From Gemmatimonadales bacterium (lineage in GTDB: Bacteria; Gemmatimonadota; Gemmatimonadetes; Gemmatimonadales; GWC2-71-9), in the NCBI GenBank assembly GCA_046160105.1, contig JBJXGT010000010.1, forward strand, positions 42,776 through 106,775: DNA of 64,000 bases, in the 5' to 3' direction. Below the pieces are notes generated by a model, which was not told where the DNA came from, made no database searches, and saw nothing but the letters and a program-made list of their open reading frames with translations. Both the position numbers and the translations under genes were made by a program. The first letter of the stretch is position 1; each line of letters begins with the position of its first letter. Positions 36,318-45,973 of this stretch are shown here, piece after piece.

Positions 36318-36393
36318 GGGTAGTGAGGTAAGTTAATATCGGACGCCGTGTTGGATGAACGGCTCGACGGTATAGCGGCTCGGGAGGGCACCG

Positions 36394-36783
36394 GTGGACG
36401 AAACCGGCAAGGCGCGAATCGATAGTTGGCTATGGGCAGCGAGGTTCTTCAAGACCCGGACCGCGGCCGCCGAAGCCGTCGACGGCGGCCGGGTGGATGT
36501 CAACGACGAGTCCGCCAAGCGCAGCAAGCTCGTCAAGGTGGGCGACCGAGTCGGGCTGCGGATCGGACCCTACCACTACGATCTCGCGGTCATCGGCCTC
36601 GCCGTCCGGCGCGGCTCGGCCAGCGTCGCGGCGACACTCTATCGGGAGACGCCCGCCAGCATCGCGGCCCGGCAGGCCGTCTCCGACCGGCTCCGAATCC
36701 AGAACCCGGTGTTCTACGACGGCGCCGGCCGGCCCACCAAGAAGCAGCGCCGCGCCATCGACCAGTGGAAGGGGAAGCGCTAG
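36394..36783 (+). CDS. hslR: ribosome-associated heat shock protein Hsp15 (S4 RNA-binding domain)
   Basis: RIDSWLWAARFFKTRTAAAEAVDGGRVDVN. GTG start with GGGAGGG 5 nt upstream. Confidence 0.85.
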   Translation: MDETGKARIDSWLWAARFFKTRTAAAEAVDGGRVDVNDESAKRSKLVKVGDRVGLRIGPYHYDLAVIGLAVRRGSASVAATLYRETPASIAARQAVSDRLRIQNPVFYDGAGRPTKKQRRAIDQWKGKR

Positions 36784-36787
36784 CGGC

Positions 36788-37459
36788 TCAGGTCCGCATG
36801 TAGGTGAACCCCTTGCGCTGCGCGCGATTGACCGCGATCACCATCGCCGGAACGGTGATCACCCCGGGCAGCAAGTTGGCCCGGATCTCGGCCTCGATCT
36901 CCTCCGCCTTGCCCAGACCCGCCGAGGCCAGCCGCCCGACCCAGAACCGAAGGGCGTTGTTGCACATGATGAACGTCGCGCCCCGCTTCGAGAGGCTCTC
37001 GATCGACGCGCCGGCGAGCATCCCGTTGAAGAAGACCGGATCCCCCGACTGGGGACGAAAGAACCAGTTGCGGGCCAGCGGCACCTTGGTGGCCGGGTCG
37101 GTCAGGTTGAGCGCTTGACCGATCTTGTACTTCGCCCAGACCGTGTCGTTCCAGGCAAGGGGTGTGGTCCCACCATAGAACGTCCCGACCACGTTGATGT
37201 CCTTCTCCGTGATCCCGTAGGCCGCCTTGTGGGTCTCGATGAAATTGTGCATGTGGATCAGCCCGATCCCATCGCCGTGGGCGTTGAAATCGAACACCTG
37301 GCGATTGGGCGCCTTGAGCTGATCGAGCCATCGATCGTTCGCGTTGTCGGGCTGACCGGTGGGAACCTCGGCCACCGCGTCCCGTTGCCCGAGCGCCAAC
37401 CCAGTGAGAGCCCCGATTCCGGCGAGAAAACGGCGACGAGGGGTGCGATCGCTGCTCAT
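36788..37459 (-). CDS. Tat-exported hypothetical protein
   Basis: Twin-arginine signal MSSDRTPRRRFLAGIGALTGLALG. SD AAGGAG. 10 nt downstream of the cytochrome gene stop. Family not recognised with confidence. Confidence 0.6.
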   Translation of the reverse strand: MSSDRTPRRRFLAGIGALTGLALGQRDAVAEVPTGQPDNANDRWLDQLKAPNRQVFDFNAHGDGIGLIHMHNFIETHKAAYGITEKDINVVGTFYGGTTPLAWNDTVWAKYKIGQALNLTDPATKVPLARNWFFRPQSGDPVFFNGMLAGASIESLSKRGATFIMCNNALRFWVGRLASAGLGKAEEIEAEIRANLLPGVITVPAMVIAVNRAQRKGFTYMRT

Positions 37460-37469
37460 GAGAACTCCT

Positions 37470-38360
37470 TTACCGCGGCCGAGTCGGCTTGGCGGCGTTG
37501 GTGGGATAGGCCACGTCCGGAGGCGGATCTCCCTGGGGCCAATCCAGGGCCTTGGGGCCGAAATCCGGGCGCGAGTGGGACAACATATAGCCAGCCACGT
37601 CGAAGGCCTGCTGATCGGTCAGGGTCCCCGGGCGATCGAATGGCATGTTATGACGGATGAACGACGCGGCCGTTCTCAGCCGGGCCATCCCGGCCCCGAT
37701 CGTGAACGTTCGCGGTCCCCAAACCGGGGGATAGACCCTCGGGAGTGCGGTCGAATCGGGGTTTGGCAGCCCCTGGCCGTCGGCCCCATGGCAACGGACG
37801 CATTGACTCAGGTACACGCGACGTCCAGCCGCGGTGTCGGGATCGAGCGGGGTCATCCGGGGAAACCCCTGACCGGGGACCTCGCCCGGCGGGGCCACGC
37901 CGCGGGACAGGAACGCCATGTAGGCGATGATGTCCGCCATGTCGCGGCCACCCCACTCCAAGGCCTTCCCGTTCAGGCTGCGCTGGAAGCAGTCGTTGAT
38001 CCGATCTTCGATGACGTTGATCTTCGCGTTCCGAGACCGGTACTGAGGAAACCGACTGTAGACCCCGATCCACGGCGACGCGTCGGCGCGGGTGCCGAAA
38101 TCGAGATGGCAGCTGGTACAGCGGAGGTCGCTCCCGACGTACCGGGGAAGGCTATCCTTCGGGGCCGCCAGGATCGCCCGCCCGCGCCGAATCGAGGCCC
38201 CAACCTGATCGGCGGGGATTTCCGAGTCCGGCGGAATCCGAAAGGCGGTCGGTCTCGGCGCGGGCGCGATCACGGCCGGGGTCGCGGGCCGGTCGGAACC
38301 CGCCTCGCGGCAGCCGACGACCGCCGCTCCAATCAGGACCCCCAGCAGGCGCCGAGTCAT
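37470..38360 (-). CDS. diheme c-type cytochrome, TsdA-like (thiosulfate dehydrogenase family) candidate
   Basis: Two CxxCH motifs (CTSCH, CVRCH). The region between them (RFPQYRSRNAKINVIEDRINDCFQRSLNGKAL...ADIIAYMAFL) resembles the TsdA/SoxA-type first domain with a candidate Cys ligand. Confidence 0.6.
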   Translation of the reverse strand: MTRRLLGVLIGAAVVGCREAGSDRPATPAVIAPAPRPTAFRIPPDSEIPADQVGASIRRGRAILAAPKDSLPRYVGSDLRCTSCHLDFGTRADASPWIGVYSRFPQYRSRNAKINVIEDRINDCFQRSLNGKALEWGGRDMADIIAYMAFLSRGVAPPGEVPGQGFPRMTPLDPDTAAGRRVYLSQCVRCHGADGQGLPNPDSTALPRVYPPVWGPRTFTIGAGMARLRTAASFIRHNMPFDRPGTLTDQQAFDVAGYMLSHSRPDFGPKALDWPQGDPPPDVAYPTNAAKPTRPR

Positions 38361-38431
38361 GGGTCACAGTATAGGAGCAGGCGCCGAACCCGGCAACGTG
38401 ATCCGTTTCGGTCCCTGTTATTTTGCCCCGA

Positions 38432-39079
38432 ATGCGACCGCTCCTATGGCTTGGGCTGGTCACGGCCACGCTGGTTGGTCCCGCGACCGCCCAGAAGGCC
38501 GAGATTCAGGCGTACTTGGGTTCTGCCGCCAGCCTCCCCTTGCCGATCTCGATCGTCCAACGGGGACAACCCGACCTCAATTTCACCGCCAGATGGACCA
38601 CCCGGCCCACCCGGCCGGCGATGTATTACGCCCTTCGGTTCGGCCTGTGGAGTGGAAACCGCGGCTGGCGACTCGACTACACCCATCACAAGATCTACCT
38701 CGAGAACCCGCCACCAGAGGTACAGCAGTTCCGGATCACCAACGGGTTCAACATCCTGACGATTGGGCGGGCCTACCGATCGAACAACCTCACCTATGGG
38801 TTCGGGGCCGGCCCGGTCTTCAGCTACCCGTACAACGAGGTCCGTCGTCGGGAACTCGATCACGATCAGGGGCTCGGCGGGTACATCCTTAGCGGCGGCT
38901 CGGTGATGGGCACCGTCAGTCGGGACATCCCCCTGACGGGCGGTTTGGTCCTCAACCTCGACGTCCGGGCCTCGGCGTCCTTCGTCCGGGTGCCGGTCGT
39001 CGACGGTCACGCATCGGTGCCCAACGCCGCCCTCCACCTCCACGGGGGCCTTGGCTACCTGTTCGGCAAGCGGCGATGA
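38432..39079 (+). CDS. outer-membrane beta-barrel protein (family uncertain)
   Basis: Signal peptide MRPLLWLGLVTATLVGPATAQ, alternating amphipathic strands, and a C-terminal aromatic (GYLFGKRR). ATG at 38432; the track start at 38423 is TTG. Confidence 0.6.
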   Translation: MRPLLWLGLVTATLVGPATAQKAEIQAYLGSAASLPLPISIVQRGQPDLNFTARWTTRPTRPAMYYALRFGLWSGNRGWRLDYTHHKIYLENPPPEVQQFRITNGFNILTIGRAYRSNNLTYGFGAGPVFSYPYNEVRRRELDHDQGLGGYILSGGSVMGTVSRDIPLTGGLVLNLDVRASASFVRVPVVDGHASVPNAALHLHGGLGYLFGKRR

Positions 39080-39208
39080 ACAGGGGGCGGGGTGGCTGCG
39101 GATGCGGCCCCGCTGCCCCAGCCCGACGTCTCAACTCGAAACTATCACCCGACCCCGCCGTAGGTTACCGGCAGCTAGGACACCAATCAGAGCAAACCGG
39201 AGGGGGCG

Positions 39209-39982
39209 ATGGACAAATACTGGGTCAAGATCGCGCTGGGCGCGGCCGTCGTTTTTGGGGTTGGGATGACCGGGGTGACCCTGGCGAAGAAGGGTGTCCA
39301 CGAACTCAAGACCGCCGCCCTGGGCCCCGTTCCCGCCGTGCTCGCCGCCCTACGGTCCGAGTTGCTCAACTTCCGTCTGGATGGTCGCCGAATCGGCTCG
39401 GTCAAGCGGATCGACGTCTCCAACGAGGGCGAATGGACCCCGAAATCAGTCCAGATCCGGGTGGCCCTGGCCGAGGAGATCGACGGCTTGGAGGAGTGCC
39501 AACTGGCCACCGACCGGTGGGGCCGCCGCCACGAAGACGCCCGGTTCCGATGCGTCACCGATGAGGATATCACCGACGAGGAGTTGGTCCAGGTCGGTGA
39601 GGTGCGTTTCGAGCCGGGCGATCTGGTTCGCCCGCTCTACGCCACCGAACGCGATGTCCGCCGGATCAACCGCTCGGCAATTCGCGGCCTCAAGGGTTCG
39701 CTGCACTCGGAAGACGGCAACGCCGTGACCGGCGAAGCCAGCTTCGATGTCGAAGACCGGCGCGGCCATCGTGAGAAAGGCACCGTCCGGCTCGACGCGT
39801 CCGATGGCGGGGCACTGATCGAGATCCGCGATGAGCAAGGGCGGGAAATCTTCAAGCTCCGGGCCAACGAGCAAGGCGTTTCGCTCAATGCCAACGACAA
39901 GCGCGGCAATGCTCTGCTCCGGCTCCTGGCCGGCGAGGCGGGTGTCAGCATGAAGATCGACGCGGAGAAGGAGCCGAACTAG
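39209..39982 (+). CDS. hypothetical membrane-anchored protein
   Basis: SD GGAGGGGG and N-terminal TM KIALGAAVVFGVGMTGVTLA. High GC3. No recognisable family. Its TAG stop shares the palindrome CTAG with the stop of the convergent gene. Confidence 0.6.
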   Translation: MDKYWVKIALGAAVVFGVGMTGVTLAKKGVHELKTAALGPVPAVLAALRSELLNFRLDGRRIGSVKRIDVSNEGEWTPKSVQIRVALAEEIDGLEECQLATDRWGRRHEDARFRCVTDEDITDEELVQVGEVRFEPGDLVRPLYATERDVRRINRSAIRGLKGSLHSEDGNAVTGEASFDVEDRRGHREKGTVRLDASDGGALIEIRDEQGREIFKLRANEQGVSLNANDKRGNALLRLLAGEAGVSMKIDAEKEPN

Positions 39983-42201
39983 CGGCCGATCTCGAACTGC
40001 CGGGTAAACTTGATCGCGAGCGCGCGATCGACGAGTCCACCGAACTCGCCGGTCGCGCGTCCTTCGTTGAAGACCACGAACAGCCCGGTCCCCGCGGGTC
40101 CCAGCCACCCAAACCGCACGTTGGCCCCCAAACTCTCGGTCTGATTGCTGTACTGGGTCAGCGACTGGAGATAGATCCGCGGCGTGAAGGCGTAGGCGAC
40201 TCGGAGCCCGACCAGGGTGCGATGGAAGTTGCCCTCCGGGAGCCTGACGTCGTCGTAGGACATCCGCAGGCTGCTGTTGAGCCGGTCGTTGGGGCGGGCG
40301 TTGAGCGCCAGGGAGCCGCCCCGCCGATGGCCGGTGTAGAAGCCGCCCATCGTGATCGTCCCCGTCACGGAGTACGGCGCGCTCAGATTGGTGTTGTACA
40401 CGGTCGACCACTCGAAGTTGTCGTAGACGCCCGGCGGCACCTTGACCCCGGTGGCGATCGCGAAGGTGTCCCGGAGTCCTTCCCTGGTCAGGTTGAAGCC
40501 CGGCAGCTCGAAGAACGATCCATTGGCGAACACAAAGTGGCTGTCGATATGGATGATCCGGCTCTGGGGATGGCCGTCGAGATCATCGTACTGCCGGAAG
40601 GTGACGTGAGGCCGGGCCTCTCGGAACCAGGCGAGTTTCGGGGTCCGGAGGTGCCGGAGGATCCGCAGGCTGTAGAACCGAAACGCCGGTCGTTCGAGGA
40701 ATCCGACCTCGGGGTTGAAGCCGTCGTCCACCTGGCGGAACGCGCTGCCCACCTCCCATTGGCGGGTCGTGTAGGTGCCGGACAGATTGACCACGTTGGA
40801 ACGGCCGGATCGACTGGGGGTCTCGGAATGGGCCCAGTAGCCGTCGAGCGAAACCGCCTCACCGATCCCGAGCTTCCCGTCGACTCCGACCGTCACATTG
40901 CGATCTCCGGTGCTGTCGGTGTTCAGCCGGCTCACCACGATGGCCCCGATCCGCGACCGGTGGGGCAGCTCGTAGATGACCCGACCGACCGAGAAGTTGC
41001 CGGCCGGAATCCGGCTGGCCGTCCCGAAACCGTCCACCGCCTCCGTTTGGACCGTCATCAGGCCGAGCCCCATCCCGCCGAGCCGGCCGGAAAGGCGGCC
41101 ACCGCCCTGAATCGGCACCTGACGCCCCCGCGATCCGATCCCGATCTGGCGACTGAAGAACACGTCGACCGACTGAGGCGTCCCGAACCCGAAGATCCCG
41201 GCGTTCTCCAGGAAGAACGGCCGTTTCTCCGGGAAGAAGAGGTTGAAGCGGGTCAGGTTGACTTGCTGCTCGTCGACTTCTACCTGGGCGAAGTCGGTGT
41301 TGTAGGTCAGATCGAGGGTCAGGCTCGGCGTCACCCCGATCTTGGCGTCGAGGCCGATCTCGGCCGATTCGTCGGTCGGGGTGCCGTCCCGGTAGTTGCG
41401 GTAGGCCGAGCCTAACGCGTACGGGGTGACCAGGAAGACCTTCCTGGCGGGGGGCTCGAGACCCTCCAACGACCCCGCCATCGAGACTCGGAACAGGGTG
41501 TGCTGGCGAGGAATCGGGGCCCAGAAGTCTTCCTCGTTCTTCCGGCGCACGTAGCGCGCGAAGTTGAGGCCCCAGGTCTGGGTCTTCCCGCTCCCATAGC
41601 GGAGTGTTTCGAACGGGATCCGAAACTCCGCGGTCCATCCGGCACTGTCGACCGAGGTCCGGACCGTCCAGGTGCCGTCCCAGTTGACGTTCTCGTTCCC
41701 GCCGGTGACCGTCGGCGCGCTCCCGACCGGTCCGCCGAAGCCGCCCTCGCCCTCCTTGTTGATCTGCCCGTCGTGCTCCACCGCCGCCGGGGTGGTGGCG
41801 AAGAGGAAGGCGTTCTGTCGATCCCGATAGGTGTCGAGGAGGACGATGAAGGTGTCCTGCTCCTTGAGCGCGATGTCGCGCCGGGTTTCGCCGCGAATGA
41901 TGCCCGCGGGATCGGAGTCGAACAGGCGGGCCCCGACGTAGAGGGCGTCGCCGTCGAACAGGACCCGGACCTCGGTGCGCTCGGTGGCCGGCTGGCCGTC
42001 GAACGGCTCGTGTTGGACGAACCCGCCGATCGGCTCGGCGGCGACCCAGGCCGAATCGTCGAGGCGGCCGTCGATGATGGGCTTGGTCGGGGCGCGAACG
42101 GCGCGGGCAACGGGGCGGGGCGCGGGCGGCGATTGAGCGGTCGCGACGACGGGGCACCCGAGCCAGAGCAGTGCCCCGATCAGGAAGAGACGGGAGGCCA
42201 T
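39979..42201 (-). CDS. secreted carbohydrate-binding family 9 / DUF5916 domain protein
   Basis: Signal peptide, then PIIDGRLDDSAWVAAEPIGGFVQHEPFDGQPATERTEVRVLFDGDALYVGARLFD (CBM9-like) and a long beta-rich C-terminal domain. Confidence 0.75.
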   Translation of the reverse strand: MASRLFLIGALLWLGCPVVATAQSPPAPRPVARAVRAPTKPIIDGRLDDSAWVAAEPIGGFVQHEPFDGQPATERTEVRVLFDGDALYVGARLFDSDPAGIIRGETRRDIALKEQDTFIVLLDTYRDRQNAFLFATTPAAVEHDGQINKEGEGGFGGPVGSAPTVTGGNENVNWDGTWTVRTSVDSAGWTAEFRIPFETLRYGSGKTQTWGLNFARYVRRKNEEDFWAPIPRQHTLFRVSMAGSLEGLEPPARKVFLVTPYALGSAYRNYRDGTPTDESAEIGLDAKIGVTPSLTLDLTYNTDFAQVEVDEQQVNLTRFNLFFPEKRPFFLENAGIFGFGTPQSVDVFFSRQIGIGSRGRQVPIQGGGRLSGRLGGMGLGLMTVQTEAVDGFGTASRIPAGNFSVGRVIYELPHRSRIGAIVVSRLNTDSTGDRNVTVGVDGKLGIGEAVSLDGYWAHSETPSRSGRSNVVNLSGTYTTRQWEVGSAFRQVDDGFNPEVGFLERPAFRFYSLRILRHLRTPKLAWFREARPHVTFRQYDDLDGHPQSRIIHIDSHFVFANGSFFELPGFNLTREGLRDTFAIATGVKVPPGVYDNFEWSTVYNTNLSAPYSVTGTITMGGFYTGHRRGGSLALNARPNDRLNSSLRMSYDDVRLPEGNFHRTLVGLRVAYAFTPRIYLQSLTQYSNQTESLGANVRFGWLGPAGTGLFVVFNEGRATGEFGGLVDRALAIKFTRQFEIGR

Positions 42202-42220
42202 GAGGCCCCAAACCTACCCG

Positions 42221-42550
42221 CTATCGCGAGTGGGTATAGATGAGGTCCAGCAGCTCGTCGTAGCTCTCCTGCGCTCGGCTACCTCCGGCCTTGACGGCGG
42301 CCCCGACACAGTGGCGGAGGTGGTTGCGCATCAACTCCCGCCCTACCGACCGCAAGGCTTCGTGGGCTGACGCGATCTGGGCCATGATGTCGGGACAGTA
42401 GCGATCCTCCTCGATCATCTTCTGGAGGCCGCGCACCTGGCCCTCGATCCGCCGGAGTCGCTTGAGATTGGCGGTCTTGATTTCGGGATCGACGCCATGC
42501 GCCTTGCGGCCACCGGCTTCGGCGGCGCACCCACAGGGAATCGTGCTCAT
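42221..42550 (-). CDS. csoR: CsoR-family metal-sensing transcriptional repressor
   Basis: [54 protein letters not shown] (Cys-His-Cys ligand pattern). ATGA overlap with the copA stop. Confidence 0.9.
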   Translation of the reverse strand: MSTIPCGCAAEAGGRKAHGVDPEIKTANLKRLRRIEGQVRGLQKMIEEDRYCPDIMAQIASAHEALRSVGRELMRNHLRHCVGAAVKAGGSRAQESYDELLDLIYTHSR

Positions 42551-44844
42551 CGACCAAACCTCCGGAGGCGAAGCGAATTGGAAACGACGCTGACCGAGCT
42601 CAACGCCATCGCGGCGCTGGCGATGATCGGACTCAGCTGGATCTGGAACCACGGATAGAGCGCGCCCGCGGCCACCGGAATCCCGATCACGTTGTAGACG
42701 AAGGCCCAGAAGAGATTTTGTCGCATGGTGCGCACGGTGGCCCGCGACAGCGCCACCGCGTCGGCGACCGCCCCCAGATCGGGACGCAGCACCGTGATGT
42801 CCCCGGCCTCGACCGCGATGTCACTGCCGGAGGCGAGCGCGAATCCCACGTCGGCCCGGGCCAGCGCGGGGGCGTCGTTGACCCCGTCGCCGACCATCCC
42901 GACCCGGCCCGATCCCCGGCGTCGGTCGATCTCGGCGAGCTTGCCCTCGGGCAAGGTCCCCGCCACCACGTCGGTGATGCCAACCTGGGCCGCGATGGCC
43001 CGTGCCGACGGAGCCGCATCGCCGGTCACCATGGATACCTCGAGACCGAGGGCGTGGAGTCGCCGGATGGCCGCCGCGGAGGTCGGCCGGACGGTATCCG
43101 CGAGCGCGATCGATCCGGCGTACTCGCCGTTGACACCGACGTGGACCCGGGTCGCCCCGGGATGATCGTCGGTCGGGGCCGGCGTCCGAATCCCGTACTC
43201 CTCGAGCAGCTCGGGCCGACCCACCACCACCAAGGCACCCTCGACCACGCCGGTGGCCCCCTGACCGACGGTCGCCGTGAACCCCTCGACGGGATCGATC
43301 CGAGCCCCGTTCTCCGTCGCGGCGCGGACGATGGCCGCGGCGAGGGGATGCTCGGAGCGACGTTCGACCGCGGCGGCCAGCGCCAACGTCCGCTCGGCCG
43401 AAAAGGACCCCGCGCCGGTGGCGGCGACAACGGTCGGCTTGCCCTCGGTGATCGTGCCGGTCTTGTCGAGCACCAGCGCGGTGAGCGACCCAGCCCGCTC
43501 GAGCGCCTCGCCGCCCTTGATCAGCACCCCGAGCTCGGCGCCTTTCCCGGTGGCGACCATGACGGCCGTCGGCACGGCGAGCCCCATGGCGCAGGGACAG
43601 GCGATGACCAAGACCGAGATCGCCGCGGTGGCGGCCCGGATGAACGGGGCGGTATCGACCGCCAAATACCAGATCAGGAAGGTGAGGGCGGCGAGTCCGA
43701 GGACCACGGGAACGAACACCGCGCTGACCCGATCGGCCAGCCGCTGAATCGGGGCTCGGGTGGTCTGGGCCTCGTGCATCATCGTGACGATCCGCTGGAG
43801 CACCGTGCCGGTGCCGACCGCCGTGGTCTCGAGCTCGAAGGCGCCGCTGGTGTTGATCGTCCCGCCGATCGCTCGGTCGCCGACGCCGCGGTTGACCGGC
43901 AGCGGCTCGCCCGTCAACATCGATTCATCGAGCGCGCTGGCACCGGCGACGATCCGCCCATCGACCGGAACCCGCTCGCCGGGTCGAACCACCACCCGAT
44001 CGCCCACGATCACCCGCTCGAGCGGCAGGTCGTGCTCCCGGCCATCTCGAACGACCCGGGCGGTCTGGGGCGCGAGGTCGATCAGCCGCCGGAGGGCCGC
44101 ACTCGTCTGGCGTTTCGCCCTCGACTCGAGGGCCTGCCCGACCAGGAGCAGGCCGATGATCAGAATGACCGCCTCGAAGTACACCTCGGGCGAGAGGCCT
44201 CGCGAGGTGAACGCTCCGGGAGCGACGGTGGCCGCCAGGCTGAGGAGAAAGGCGGCCCCGGTCCCGATCGCGACCAGGGTGTTCATCGTGGCGGTGCGAT
44301 GCCGAGCCGCCGACCAGGCCCGAGTGTAGAAATGGCGGCCGGCCCACACCATCACGAACAGGGTGGCCGCCAGCAGGCCGAATCGAATGGTGTCGTGATC
44401 GAGCCTGAAGAGGGCCGGGAGCACCGCTTGCAGCGGCGGGATGAGCCACCTGGCCGTCCACCGCATCAAGGGGTCCATGGCGACATGGCCGTCTCCGGTC
44501 ATCAGCGGCATCGCCACCAGCATCGCCCCGATTCCGAGCCCGACGGAAACGACGGCCTTCCGGCGGAGCAACTGGAACTCGAGGGCCTGGGCCTCCCCGA
44601 GGGCTCGGTCCATCTCGGCGACCGTTTCGGGGGCGGCGAGGGTGGCGTCGTAGCCGGCGGCGCGGATCACCTCGACCAGACGCTCCGGGGTCGTCGTCGC
44701 GGCGTCGAAGGAGACGGCCGCGGAGTGCGTCATCAGGTTGACCGAGGCCGTGGCGACGCCGGGCGCCTGCTCGAGGGAACGTTGAACCCGGGCCTGGCAG
44801 GCCCCGCAGGTCATTCCTTGGACCGGGAGGGTGATCGTTTCCAT
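42547..44844 (-). CDS. copA: copper-translocating P1B-type ATPase
   Basis: HMA domain [11 protein letters not shown], the TM CPC motif [21 protein letters not shown], and [13 protein letters not shown]. Confidence 0.95.
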   Translation of the reverse strand: METITLPVQGMTCGACQARVQRSLEQAPGVATASVNLMTHSAAVSFDAATTTPERLVEVIRAAGYDATLAAPETVAEMDRALGEAQALEFQLLRRKAVVSVGLGIGAMLVAMPLMTGDGHVAMDPLMRWTARWLIPPLQAVLPALFRLDHDTIRFGLLAATLFVMVWAGRHFYTRAWSAARHRTATMNTLVAIGTGAAFLLSLAATVAPGAFTSRGLSPEVYFEAVILIIGLLLVGQALESRAKRQTSAALRRLIDLAPQTARVVRDGREHDLPLERVIVGDRVVVRPGERVPVDGRIVAGASALDESMLTGEPLPVNRGVGDRAIGGTINTSGAFELETTAVGTGTVLQRIVTMMHEAQTTRAPIQRLADRVSAVFVPVVLGLAALTFLIWYLAVDTAPFIRAATAAISVLVIACPCAMGLAVPTAVMVATGKGAELGVLIKGGEALERAGSLTALVLDKTGTITEGKPTVVAATGAGSFSAERTLALAAAVERRSEHPLAAAIVRAATENGARIDPVEGFTATVGQGATGVVEGALVVVGRPELLEEYGIRTPAPTDDHPGATRVHVGVNGEYAGSIALADTVRPTSAAAIRRLHALGLEVSMVTGDAAPSARAIAAQVGITDVVAGTLPEGKLAEIDRRRGSGRVGMVGDGVNDAPALARADVGFALASGSDIAVEAGDITVLRPDLGAVADAVALSRATVRTMRQNLFWAFVYNVIGIPVAAGALYPWFQIQLSPIIASAAMALSSVSVVSNSLRLRRFGR

Positions 44845-44851
44845 GGGCGGG

Positions 44852-44881
44852 ATGATAGCATACCCCCCTACCCTATGTCAA
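44852..44881 (-). promoter_or_regulatory. sigma70-type promoter of copA-csoR with an embedded G-tract (candidate CsoR operator)
   Basis: The minus strand reads TTGACA-tagggtaggggggtatgc-TATCAT with an 18 nt spacer. Only 7 nt separate the -10 hexamer from the copA ATG. Confidence 0.6.
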
Positions 44882-44958
44882 TTTGGAGGCCCGGAAGCTG
44901 AACGACCCCGCGGCGGGCCCGAAGGCCACCGCGGAGTCGTCGGGCGGATCGGATCGGG

Positions 44959-45549
44959 CTACAGCTTGATCGCGAGGCCCGCCGTCAGTTGGATGTCGTG
45001 GGTGAACTTGCTACCGAGGCCGAAGTCGCCGCTGTAGAAGAGATCTTCGAGGTCGCCGCGGAGCGAGACGTTCTCGCCGACCGAGATTCGCACGGTCGCC
45101 CCGGCGACGCCGCCGAACGCGCTCTCCGAAAGATCCGGGTCACGCACGAGGCTACCGGTTCGGAGGTAGGCCGCGCCCCCGCCGATCCCCAGACCGATGA
45201 ACTTGCTGCCCGGGGTCAGGTTGAGCATCACCTTCCCGGTGCCGTACACCAGGTCCGTGCTCCGTGGGAAACGACCCCGAGCGGACTGGACCGACACCCG
45301 AGCCGGCGAGTACGCCCCGGTGAATTCGAGACCGAGCGATCGAGTGGTCCACACGGTCAGCCGGCCGCCGTAGACCGCCGAGCCGCGCCGGCTCGCGTCC
45401 CGAACGGCCTCCTGGAGGCCGTCCTTGTCGGTCGGCAGGTAGAGGCCGCCGAAGAGGTTGAGCTCGAGCCCCTTGGTCTGGGCCCCTACCGGGGCCGCCG
45501 CGAGGACCGTCATCAGACCCGCTGCCACCCATCCGATTGTTCTTCGCAT
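44959..45549 (-). CDS. small outer-membrane beta-barrel protein (OmpA-like beta-barrel/porin family)
   Basis: MRRTIGWVAAGLMTVLAAAPVGAQ signal peptide. Alternating strands end ...QLTAGLAIKL. ATG at 45549. Confidence 0.65.
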   Translation of the reverse strand: MRRTIGWVAAGLMTVLAAAPVGAQTKGLELNLFGGLYLPTDKDGLQEAVRDASRRGSAVYGGRLTVWTTRSLGLEFTGAYSPARVSVQSARGRFPRSTDLVYGTGKVMLNLTPGSKFIGLGIGGGAAYLRTGSLVRDPDLSESAFGGVAGATVRISVGENVSLRGDLEDLFYSGDFGLGSKFTHDIQLTAGLAIKL

Positions 45550-45662
45550 TCGCTGATCCCCCGAAAAAGTGTCAGCCCCCCGGCGTTCGGACGAAAGATA
45601 AGTCGATCGGCGGCTCATTTCCGAGCACCCGGTGATCTGGATCACTCGAACCGCACGACCTG

Positions 45663-45691
45663 TTGACAAATTCGAGGCCACTTCTTAATGT
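45663..45691 (+). promoter_or_regulatory. near-consensus sigma70 promoter
   Basis: TTGACA-aattcgaggccacttct-TAATGT with a 17 nt spacer. Very unusual in this GC-rich context. Confidence 0.6.
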
Positions 45692-45697
45692 GTGCGG

Positions 45698-45958
45698 CCC
45701 CGTGGTCGTCTCAGCAATTCGCGGACCCGGGGGGCAGCTGGCTGGGCTGGCTGGCGTTATGCAGACCGTCGCAGTCGACTCGTGATGGAGATCACCGTGA
45801 AGGCAACCATCGCATCCACCATTCTGGCGGGTCTCGTGCGAGACTCGGGTCGGCCGTTTGGCCGGTGGGAGAGGTATCGATTCCGTTAAGCGTACCCGCT
45901 TCGGTTGCTCGATGTCCGCCCCACCCGTGCCTGGCGCTGGTGGGGCGATGTGTTTTTA
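45698..45958 (+). ncRNA. candidate structured RNA (riboswitch-like 5' leader or independent small RNA), class not recognised
   Basis: About 260 nt lie between the consensus promoter and a terminator-like hairpin. Several local hairpins are present (GGTCTCGtgCGAGACt, CGGCCgtttGGCCG). GGTGGG at 45864-45869 could pair with the 5' arm of the terminator as an alternative structure. Confidence 0.35.
45918..45958 (+). terminator. rho-independent terminator-like hairpin with a T-run
   Basis: GCCCCACC-cgtgcctggcgct-GGTGGGGC followed by gatgtgttttta. Confidence 0.55.
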
Positions 45959-45973
45959 CCAGGGAGAGGAACC

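Noticed and set aside
42221-45549. copA-csoR plus the adjacent beta-barrel gene as a horizontally acquired metal-resistance island.
   Set aside because: No visible compositional shift, flanking repeats, integrase or additional resistance genes. It looks like ordinary chromosomal copper homeostasis.
45698-45958. Attempt to assign the 45.7 kb leader to a known RNA class: TPP, cobalamin, SAM, glycine, ZTP, fluoride, c-di-GMP, c-di-AMP or guanidine riboswitches, or SRP, 6S, RNase P or tmRNA.
   Set aside because: None of the hallmark conserved boxes I remember for these classes (for example CUGAGA, GCCACUG, CCGCCUGGGC) is present. It is left unclassified rather than forced.
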